Source: Hathewaya proteolytica DSM 3090 (GTDB lineage: Bacteria; Bacillota; Clostridia; Clostridiales; Clostridiaceae). Taken from it: a stretch of DNA of 32,000 nucleotides. Of this stretch, positions 1 to 6,803 are shown piece by piece. A program made the position numbers and the translations under genes. Below the pieces are notes generated by a model. The model was not told where the DNA came from. It worked only from the letters and a program-made list of their open reading frames with translations, and ran no database searches. Every line of letters begins with the position of its first letter. Within the stretch, counting starts at the first letter, position 1. The DNA lies in the NCBI RefSeq assembly GCF_900142225.1, contig NZ_FRAD01000023.1:1-32000 (forward strand), read 5' to 3'.

Positions 1-1
1 A

Positions 2-601
2 AAGGCTACTGAAAATGCTACAGTTGCAGTTCAAGCTCAGAGCGAAATAAAAAATGTAGAGCTTGAAGATGGAAAACTTGTAGTTAAAACAGACAAGCAG
101 TATGCAGATAAAGCTTATGCTTTACTTGTAAAAGGAACAGAAAAACAGGAATTAACATTGAACTATGGAAATGGACAGTATGTTTCCAATGCAAAAACTG
201 GAGAAGGATGGAAGGTAAGTTTTGTTATACTTACCGATGCTGCAGGAAATGCAAAGGCAATATACAATAGTGGCGAAAACGGTCTATATGGAGTAAATAT
301 GGATGAAATGGCAACTATAAAATTCCAACCTGTAATTACCGATAAAGCAGTAGAAACTACTTTAGCTTTTGAAAGTGCTTCTACTACAGAAGTTGCAAAA
401 GTATTAGTAGGTGCTTACGATGCTAACGGTAAACTTATAGCTTCATCTGTAAAGAACGTAGAAGTTAAGCCAGGTGAAACAATTAAAGTTGAAAATATAA
501 TTACAATTCCTACAGAAGCTACAACAATTAAGGTATTCTTATGGGAATCAAAGCCTAACTTTGGACCATTAAAGAGAGCCTTCGTTAAGAATCTAAAGTA
601 A
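2..601 (+). CDS. 3' end of a CDS that enters from upstream of the window; uncharacterised secreted or surface-type protein (C-terminal beta-rich region)
   Basis: The frame of the 158..601 ORF stays open back to position 2 (KATENATVAVQAQSEIKNVELEDGKLVVKTDKQ...), so the ATG at 158 is internal. Stop is TAA at 599-601 and a terminator follows. I recognise no family motif. Confidence 0.6.
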   Translation, partial: KATENATVAVQAQSEIKNVELEDGKLVVKTDKQYADKAYALLVKGTEKQELTLNYGNGQYVSNAKTGEGWKVSFVILTDAAGNAKAIYNSGENGLYGVNMDEMATIKFQPVITDKAVETTLAFESASTTEVAKVLVGAYDANGKLIASSVKNVEVKPGETIKVENIITIPTEATTIKVFLWESKPNFGPLKRAFVKNLK

Positions 602-612
602 ATTTATATAAA

Positions 613-647
613 AAGCAGGAACACATATTTAGTGTCTTGCTTTTTTT
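613..647 (+). terminator. Rho-independent terminator of the upstream CDS
   Basis: Stem aagcaggaacac / gtgtcttgctt with one bulge and one G-T pair, followed by a T7 run (641-647). Confidence 0.8.
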
Positions 648-663
648 AATTTGTAAAAAACTA

Positions 664-692
664 TTGACATGTATTTAATAATGTGATACGAT
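664..692 (+). promoter_or_regulatory. Sigma-A type promoter for the metG T-box leader
   Basis: TTGACA (664-669), 17-nt spacer, TACGAT (687-692) preceded by TG at 684-685 (extended -10 form TGnTAnnnT). Confidence 0.5.
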
Positions 693-714
693 AAAATACA
701 ATTTCATATAATCA

Positions 715-981
715 CAAGACGATGATAAGAAGAGTAGTGAATACAAAAGCATATAGAGAGCCAGGGTAGGTGAAAGCTGGTTGCGGAAGTATTTATGAAC
801 ATGGCCTTTGAGTCTGTTTCTTGAGCAAAACTTGTTAGAGAAACATGGTTTCAACCATTAAATTGAAAGCAGTCCCATGTATATGGTGCTGTTATTGAGG
901 CATATACGGCGACGTATATGCAAAGTTAGAGTGGTAACGTGTATATTCACCTCTATGGAATTATCCATAGGGGTTTTTTTA
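715..981 (+). promoter_or_regulatory. T-box leader (tRNA-Met sensing transcription attenuator) upstream of metG
   Basis: Stem I elements are present (AGAGA/AGTA-type motifs and the distal GGTGAAA loop at about 758-775). Candidate specifier is AUG at 795-797 followed by A. The T-box sequence caaAGTTAGAGTGGTAACGTG (922-941) resembles the consensus AAnnnGGGUGGUACCGCG. A terminator hairpin CCTCTATGG-aattat-CCATAGGGG plus T7 lies at 949-980, directly before the metG RBS. Confidence 0.8.
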
Positions 982-1008
982 TTGGAAAAATTAAAGGAGG
1001 AAATAATA

Positions 1009-2955
1009 ATGTGTAAAGGAAAACCGTTTTATATTACAACCCCAATTTATTATCCATCAGCAAAGCTCCATATAGGAAATACCTATACTACCATTGCGGC
1101 TGATGCAATTGCAAGGTATAAGAGACTTACTGGGTACGATGTAATGTTCTTAACTGGAACTGACGAGCACGGTCAAAAAATACAGAGGCTTGCAGAAAAT
1201 AAAGGTGTTACGCCAAAGGATTATGTGGATGAAATTGTAGATAGCATAAAAGAGCTATGGAAACTCATGAATGTCAGCTATGATAAGTTTATAAGAACCA
1301 CGGATTCATACCATGTGGAATCGGTAAAAAAAATATTCCAGAAATTTTACGAGCAAGGCGATATTTATAAAAGCTCTTATGAAGGATTATATTGTACGCC
1401 ATGTGAATCCTTCTGGACAGAGAGCCAACTTGTAGATGGAAAATGTCCTGATTGTGGAAGACCTGTGGAAAATGCAAAAGAAGAAGCGTATTTTTTCAAA
1501 ATGTCGAGATATGCACCTAGACTAATTGAATATATAGAAAGTCATCCTGATTTTATCCAGCCGGAATCTAGAAAAAATGAGATGCTGAACAATTTCTTAA
1601 AACCAGGATTGCAAGATCTTTGTGTTTCAAGAACTACTTTTGACTGGGGGATTCCTGTGGAATTCGATAAGGGTCATGTAGTTTATGTGTGGATAGATGC
1701 TCTATCAAATTATATATCAGCATTAGGTTATGAAAATGACAAAGAACAAATCATGGATAAGTATTGGCCTGCAGATGTTCATCTTATAGGAAAAGACATA
1801 TTGAGATTCCATACAATATATTGGCCAATTATGCTTATGGCTCTTGATTTGCCACTGCCAAAACATGTATTTGGCCATGGATGGCTTATGTTAGAAGATG
1901 GGAAAATGTCTAAATCTAAAGGAAATGTAGTTCAACCGGAATTGCTTGTGCAACATTTTGGAGTGGATGCAGTGAGATATTATCTTCTTCATGAAATACC
2001 TTTTGGAGCAGACGGTATATTTAACAATGAAATATTTATAAAGAAAACAAACTCCGATCTTGCAAATGACCTTGGAAATCTTGTTTCAAGAACTGTAACC
2101 ATGATCGACAAATATTTTGAAGGTGAGATACCAGGTCCAGGTGAGAAGCAAGCAATTGATGATGAACTGGTGAATTTAGCATTGGCGACTCCAGCAAAGG
2201 TTGACAAACAGATAGATTGCTTTAAGATACCATATGCATTGGATGAAATATGGGAATTAATAAGAAGGACTAACAAATATATAGATGAAACACAGCCATG
2301 GGTTCTTGGAAAAGATGAAAATTCTAAGAGCAGACTTGCTACAGTGTTGTATAATCTATCAGAATCCTTGAGATTTACATCTATTTTATTAAGTGCATTC
2401 TTGCCAGAAACCAGCTTAAAAATCAATGAGCAGCTTGGTATAAAAAATATTTCCTATGAAAGCTTACAAAGCTTTGATGGAACAGTGGCAGGAACCAAAG
2501 TTAATAAAAATGGAGTAATATTCCCAAGAATAGATGTGGAAGCAAAACTAGAAGAGTTAGGAAAAATATTAAATAAGCAAAAGGAATCAGCAGCCCAATG
2601 CAAAGAAAAGTTTCTTCCCCTAAAACCTGAAATCGATTTAGAGGATTTTCAGAAAATCGACCTTAGAATAGCAAAGGTTTTAGAATGCGAGACAGTTAAA
2701 AAAAGTGATAAGCTTTTAAAACTTAAAGTAGATATTGGCGGGGAAATAAAGCAGGTGGTTTCAGGAATTGCAAAATTTTATAAACCAGAAGAGTTAGTAG
2801 GTAAAAAGGTTATCATGGTAGTAAATCTAAAGCCTGTGAAGCTAAGAGGAGAAATCTCTGAGGGTATGATACTTTCAGCAGCGGCAGAAGATGATAGTAT
2901 TTTAAGTGTGACAACAGCTTTAAAAGATGTACCTTGTGGATTAATTGTTAGATAA
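1009..2955 (+). CDS. metG: Methionine--tRNA ligase with C-terminal Trbp111/EMAP-like tRNA-binding domain
   Basis: HIGN motif (KLHIGNTYT), KMSKS motif (GKMSKSKGN), zinc knuckle CTPC...CPDC, and a C-terminal DLRIAKVLECE...GEISEGMILSA domain. Start moved to the ATG at 1009, which sits 8 nt after AAAGGAGG (993-1000). The 877-1008 part of the ORF is the T-box leader. Confidence 0.97.
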   Translation: MCKGKPFYITTPIYYPSAKLHIGNTYTTIAADAIARYKRLTGYDVMFLTGTDEHGQKIQRLAENKGVTPKDYVDEIVDSIKELWKLMNVSYDKFIRTTDSYHVESVKKIFQKFYEQGDIYKSSYEGLYCTPCESFWTESQLVDGKCPDCGRPVENAKEEAYFFKMSRYAPRLIEYIESHPDFIQPESRKNEMLNNFLKPGLQDLCVSRTTFDWGIPVEFDKGHVVYVWIDALSNYISALGYENDKEQIMDKYWPADVHLIGKDILRFHTIYWPIMLMALDLPLPKHVFGHGWLMLEDGKMSKSKGNVVQPELLVQHFGVDAVRYYLLHEIPFGADGIFNNEIFIKKTNSDLANDLGNLVSRTVTMIDKYFEGEIPGPGEKQAIDDELVNLALATPAKVDKQIDCFKIPYALDEIWELIRRTNKYIDETQPWVLGKDENSKSRLATVLYNLSESLRFTSILLSAFLPETSLKINEQLGIKNISYESLQSFDGTVAGTKVNKNGVIFPRIDVEAKLEELGKILNKQKESAAQCKEKFLPLKPEIDLEDFQKIDLRIAKVLECETVKKSDKLLKLKVDIGGEIKQVVSGIAKFYKPEELVGKKVIMVVNLKPVKLRGEISEGMILSAAAEDDSILSVTTALKDVPCGLIVR

Positions 2956-2972
2956 GATGAATTTGTTTATTA

Positions 2973-3004
2973 TAGTGCTCTATCAGAAGAATGATAGAGC
3001 ACTA
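2973..3004 (+). other. Perfect 13-bp stem-loop between metG and rnmV (possible processing or partial-termination signal)
   Basis: tagtgctctatca-gaagaa-tgatagagcacta. No T-run follows, so this is not a classical intrinsic terminator. Confidence 0.45.
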
Positions 3005-3024
3005 AATGGAAGAGGGAAATTAAA

Positions 3025-3567
3025 TTGATAAAAGAAGTAATTGTAGTTGAAGGACGAGATGACATAACGGCAGTGAAAAGGGCTGTAGATGCTGAAATCA
3101 TTGCAGTGGGTGGATTTGGAATAAATAAAGCTATTATAGATAAAATAAAATCTGCACAGGAGCGGTGTGGCGTTATTGTGCTTACAGACCCTGATTTTGC
3201 AGGAGAAAAAATAAGGCGTATAATAGCAAAGCGAGTTCCGGGAATAAAACACGCATATATTGGCAGGGATGAAGGAACAAAAAATGGAGACATAGGAGTA
3301 GAAAATGCTGTCCCCCAGGCCATTCTTAGGGCATTAAATGGCGCAAAGTGCGAAACTATTGACAAAAACGAATTTTATGATATAGACGATATGATATATT
3401 TTAAACTTACAGGATGTAGCGACTCCAAGAGGAGAAGAGAGTTGCTTGGAAAAAAACTTGGTATAGGGTATGGAAATTGTAATCAAATAATAACAAGATT
3501 AAATAACTATGGAGTGGACAGAATAGAATTTATTGAGGCTATAGAGTACATAGAAAAGAATATATAG
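3025..3567 (+). CDS. rnmV: Ribonuclease M5 (5S rRNA maturase, Toprim domain)
   Basis: N-terminal Toprim signature VIVVEGRDD...VLTDPDFAGEKIR. Length is 180 aa. TTG start with purine-rich GGAAGAGGG upstream. The conserved rnmV-ksgA pairing of Firmicutes is present. Confidence 0.88.
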   Translation: MIKEVIVVEGRDDITAVKRAVDAEIIAVGGFGINKAIIDKIKSAQERCGVIVLTDPDFAGEKIRRIIAKRVPGIKHAYIGRDEGTKNGDIGVENAVPQAILRALNGAKCETIDKNEFYDIDDMIYFKLTGCSDSKRRRELLGKKLGIGYGNCNQIITRLNNYGVDRIEFIEAIEYIEKNI

Positions 3568-3619
3568 CACAATATTTTTAGAAATCTAAAATAATGAAAT
3601 TCTAATGGAGGAAATATGC

Positions 3620-4465
3620 ATGGAAAAACTAACTACAAGAGAAGTTGTGGCTAGAAATGAATTTAAATTTTCAAAAGCCTTAGGACAAAACTTCCTTACG
3701 GATGAAAAGGTCTTAAAGGATATTGTGGATGCTGGAGAAATTAGTGAAAATGATCTTGTTATTGAAATAGGGCCAGGTGTGGGTACTCTCACAAGAGAAC
3801 TTCTAAAAAAGGCTAAAAAAGTTATAGCTATTGAACTTGATGAAAGGCTAATAAATATCCTTAAGGAAGAACTTTCAGATTTCCCTAATTTTCAACTTAT
3901 ACATATGGATGCTCTAAAGGTGGACTTTAATTCTTTGATTGGTGAAGAAACTAGTGTTAAAATTGTGGCCAACTTGCCATACTACGTAACAACCCCAATA
4001 ATAACAAGGTTGTTAAATGAAAGATACAATTTTAAATCCCTTACAATAATGATACAAAAAGAAGTTGCAGAGAGAATAGCTGCAGATGCCAATAGTAAAG
4101 AGTATGGGGCTTTGTCTTTACTTGTTCAATACCATTGCAATGCAAAGATTGTAAGACACGTTTCACCTAATTGTTTTCTACCAAGGCCTAAAGTAGATTC
4201 TATTGTTATTAAACTTGATAAATTAGATAAACCTAGGGTAAAAGTTGAAAAGGAAGATTTGTTTTTTAAGGTAATTAGAGCAGCCTTCAATATGAGAAGG
4301 AAAACCTTATGGAATGCACTTAAACCTATGGGATTACCAAAAGAACGCATGGAAAAGGCTTTTGAATTAAGCAACATAGATCCATCTAGGAGAGGAGAAA
4401 CTCTTAGTATAGAAGAATTTGCTAGCTTATCAGACAATATACTTAAGCAGAGTGTTGATTTTTAA
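3620..4465 (+). CDS. rsmA: 16S rRNA (adenine1518-N6/adenine1519-N6)-dimethyltransferase
   Basis: KsgA/Erm family motifs: LGQNFL, SAM-binding [12 protein letters not shown], and [10 protein letters not shown]. The ATG at 3620 lies 8 nt after GGAGG (3607-3611). The alternative in-frame ATG at 3605 overlaps that RBS. Confidence 0.95.
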   Translation: MEKLTTREVVARNEFKFSKALGQNFLTDEKVLKDIVDAGEISENDLVIEIGPGVGTLTRELLKKAKKVIAIELDERLINILKEELSDFPNFQLIHMDALKVDFNSLIGEETSVKIVANLPYYVTTPIITRLLNERYNFKSLTIMIQKEVAERIAADANSKEYGALSLLVQYHCNAKIVRHVSPNCFLPRPKVDSIVIKLDKLDKPRVKVEKEDLFFKVIRAAFNMRRKTLWNALKPMGLPKERMEKAFELSNIDPSRRGETLSIEEFASLSDNILKQSVDF

Positions 4466-4545
4466 AAAAATTTTATATTAATAAGGCATTTTTTTATAGT
4501 CTCTTCATATATTATAGGGAATAAGTAGTATATGGAGGGACTAAT

Positions 4546-5910
4546 TTGGCTTCTAGAAAAAGTTATTCAAGATATTTTATAATTTTACAAGAGGATGAAA
4601 AGGGGTATGTATTAGATAAGGGTAAAAGCTCTTCGGGGTACGTTAAGTTAGAAAGAAAAAATGATAAGTGCAAAGTTTCTTGTTACGCTCAAAATATTAA
4701 TCCTAGCATGGGACCTTATTACGTGGTTCTTATATGCAAAAATGAAAGTCCAGGTAGAATGGTTGTACTAAAAAAAGTTGACGTAGATGCTCAGGGGAAA
4801 GTAGATACTACGTGTGAATATGATGCTGGAAATATTGCAGGGTCCAAAATGTCTATGCAAAATATAATAGGGGCGACTTTAGGCAAAATTGCAGACGGCA
4901 ACGTAATTCCGCTATTAACAGGATTTCTTACTTCTGAGGCACCAAAAAACTGGAAAGAATATGAAATAATTAATGAAAAAAAGACTATTGAAAACGAAGT
5001 AAAGACGCAAGAGGAAATAAAGAAGCAGGATGAAATAAAGCAACAAGAGGAAATAAAGAAGCAGGATGAAATAAAGAAGCAGGATGAAATAAAGCAACAA
5101 GAAGAGATAAAGCAGCAAGAGGAGATAAAACCAAAAGAAGAAATAATTAAGGAAGAAGTGGCTAAACCAGAAGAAGAAATTAAGCCAGATGAAACAGAAA
5201 AACCAAAAGAAACAGAACAACCAAAAGAAGTAGAACAACCAAAAGAAACAGAACAACCAGAGGAAATGGTACAACCACAAGACGAAATTAAACCGGCAGA
5301 AGAAGACGGTAGTATTTCAGGGGAAGTATTTGATAAATACGAAAAAAATGTAGAAAATGTTGTAAAAAATAAAGAAGGCAAGGATTATAGGGGGAATGAA
5401 GACCCTAAACGAGAATTCTACACTCTTCAGGAACATATATTGAGAGAACACAATCTTAGTGATAAAGAGACCTTAGAAGACATGGATATCCCAACAGGAA
5501 GAGTTGGAGCTTATTTTAAAAGTCTTGTATATGAATTCGAAGAGATAAGGGAAATGGGGGAAGAGGTGCCTAATTGTAGATGGTATAAAATACCTGTAAA
5601 TTCCCTAGAAGACCTCTACGACTCCTCACAATTTAACAGATATACCATAATATATTACCCTATGATTTGTTATCATTCATTTATAAAACCATATAAGCAT
5701 TTTTGCATAGGATATCAGTGCGATAAACAGGGCAAACTGCAATATGTTGTATATGCTATACCTGGCATGAGGGATAGAGATAACCAGCCTTATGGAGGTA
5801 AAACGGGATTTGTAACCTGGATTCCTACTAACAAAAATCAGGGCTATGGATATTGGATCATGTTCTATGATGTAAAAAAGTGTACAACTGTTGTTCCTAT
5901 AAAAAGATAA
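4546..5910 (+). CDS. Uncharacterised protein: N-terminal domain, acidic/lysine-rich hexapeptide-repeat linker, and a Tyr/Trp-rich C-terminal domain
   Basis: Long ORF with a TTG start 7 nt after GGAGG (4534-4538). No enzyme motif recognised. The central region is low-complexity E/K/Q/P. Confidence 0.7.
   Translation: MASRKSYSRYFIILQEDEKGYVLDKGKSSSGYVKLERKNDKCKVSCYAQNINPSMGPYYVVLICKNESPGRMVVLKKVDVDAQGKVDTTCEYDAGNIAGSKMSMQNIIGATLGKIADGNVIPLLTGFLTSEAPKNWKEYEIINEKKTIENEVKTQEEIKKQDEIKQQEEIKKQDEIKKQDEIKQQEEIKQQEEIKPKEEIIKEEVAKPEEEIKPDETEKPKETEQPKEVEQPKETEQPEEMVQPQDEIKPAEEDGSISGEVFDKYEKNVENVVKNKEGKDYRGNEDPKREFYTLQEHILREHNLSDKETLEDMDIPTGRVGAYFKSLVYEFEEIREMGEEVPNCRWYKIPVNSLEDLYDSSQFNRYTIIYYPMICYHSFIKPYKHFCIGYQCDKQGKLQYVVYAIPGMRDRDNQPYGGKTGFVTWIPTNKNQGYGYWIMFYDVKKCTTVVPIKR
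5005..5310 (+). repeat. 17 consecutive in-frame 18-bp (hexapeptide) tandem repeats inside the 4546..5910 CDS
   Basis: Units read directly from the sequence: TQEEIK, KQDEIK, QQEEIK, KQDEIK, KQDEIK, QQEEIK, QQEEIK, then PKEEII, KEEVAK, PEEEIK, PDETEK, PKETEQ, PKEVEQ, PKETEQ, PEEMVQ, PQDEIK, PAEEDG. Several DNA units are identical (aagcaggatgaaataaag occurs 3 times). Confidence 0.9.
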
Positions 5911-5919
5911 AAACTTAAA

Positions 5920-5961
5920 GCTCTAGTACTCCTTATATAAGTCATATAGGAGTATTAGAGC
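5920..5961 (+). terminator. Long stem-loop after the 4546..5910 CDS (terminator-like, no U-tract)
   Basis: gctctagtactccttatat-aagtc-atataggagtattagagc gives about 18 bp with one bulge and one G-T pair. It is followed by aaatggg rather than a T-run. Confidence 0.45.
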
Positions 5962-5998
5962 AAATGGGCATATATTTGTGTGGAGGTAGGTATATATT

Positions 5999-6577
5999 AT
6001 GGAAAAAAATAATGAAAGCAGCATGAGCACTGTTTTAATATTATGGTGTCTTGTAGTTATAATGTGCTTTAGCGGTCAATTTTTTTACGGAAAAATAAAG
6101 CCTGCATCTTCGGTGAAAAATGCAAAGGAAGTCGTACAGTATGATTTTTGGAATGATAAAGGCCAAAATAAACATTGCGATTTTCCGGTTCATTGGGAAG
6201 TTGATGAGGATAAAAATAAAGAAACAAATAACGTGAGATTCTATGGGACTTTTAAGAGCCAAGCAGAAAATTTATATGGTTACATTAAAATATTTAACAA
6301 TAAGGATGATTTTCATGGGCTGATTAATAAAGAATGCATGGCTTTATCTCAAAATCACAATGTGTACCATATTAATAATGATAAAATAGAAAATAATAAT
6401 GTAAAAGTTACATACTGTACTGTGGATGTATATAACATGAAAACATATCACGAAAGTTATTTTATAAATAATAAATGTGGAAATGTGGAAATTTCATTTT
6501 CAAAAGCTTATGGTGGATTTGACAAAGAAGATAGAAATAATATAAATACAGTTCTGGAAAGCATAGTGGATAAATAA
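5999..6577 (+). CDS. Uncharacterised N-terminally membrane-anchored protein
   Basis: ATG lies 12 nt after GGAGG (5982-5986). There is one N-terminal hydrophobic helix (STVLILWCLVVIMCFSGQFF), then an Asn/Lys-rich soluble part. No family recognised. Confidence 0.6.
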   Translation: MEKNNESSMSTVLILWCLVVIMCFSGQFFYGKIKPASSVKNAKEVVQYDFWNDKGQNKHCDFPVHWEVDEDKNKETNNVRFYGTFKSQAENLYGYIKIFNNKDDFHGLINKECMALSQNHNVYHINNDKIENNNVKVTYCTVDVYNMKTYHESYFINNKCGNVEISFSKAYGGFDKEDRNNINTVLESIVDK

Positions 6578-6592
6578 TCCACTATGTTTTTT
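6562..6592 (+). terminator. Rho-independent terminator overlapping the stop codon of the 5999..6577 CDS
   Basis: Perfect 10-bp stem catagtggat-aaata-atccactatg followed by T6. Confidence 0.85.
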
Positions 6593-6803
6593 GTCTAAAA
6601 ACATAAATTTTTAAAGGAAATAATAAGTTTTTGTAGAATACAATTTAGTAGGATAAATAAAGTTATTAGTTTTTATCATGGTTTTACTATCCTAAATAAA
6701 AAAATTATAATAATAAAAGGAGGATTATATTTAAATTACCTTTATATCTTAGGAAGTATGACTCAACGTATAATGAAAATTTTAAAGGTAAGGAGTAGAA
6801 AAA

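Noticed and set aside
877-1008. N-terminal 44-codon extension of the metG ORF as given in the ORF track (MYMVLLLRHIRRRICKV...)
   Set aside because: This stretch overlaps the T-box sequence and its terminator hairpin with T7 run, and it has no RBS. A strong AAAGGAGG plus ATG at 1009 gives the canonical MetRS N-terminus.
3605-3619. The ATG at 3605 as the start of rsmA
   Set aside because: The GGAGG that would serve as RBS lies inside these codons (3607-3611). The in-frame ATG at 3620 has ideal spacing. The difference is only 5 codons and cannot be settled from sequence alone.
1289-4437. Minus-strand ORFs 1289..1477, 1989..2426, 2970..3365, 2983..3252, 3586..3792 and 4126..4437
   Set aside because: All are embedded antisense in metG, rnmV or rsmA, which have unmistakable family motifs. 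They have no RBS and a low-complexity composition.
4490-4530. Mother-cell sigma-factor-type promoter (CATATATTA -10-like element) upstream of the 4546 gene
   Set aside because: No acceptable -35 lies at the right spacing. Such a motif is expected by chance in AT-rich DNA. It is mentioned only as context in a finding.
4791-5381. Minus-strand ORFs 4791..5381 and 4915..5280 (Ser/Cys/Phe- and Leu/Phe-rich)
   Set aside because: These are the antisense readout of the GAA/AAG-rich hexapeptide repeat array. They are low-complexity, have no RBS and lie entirely inside a better-supported plus-strand CDS.
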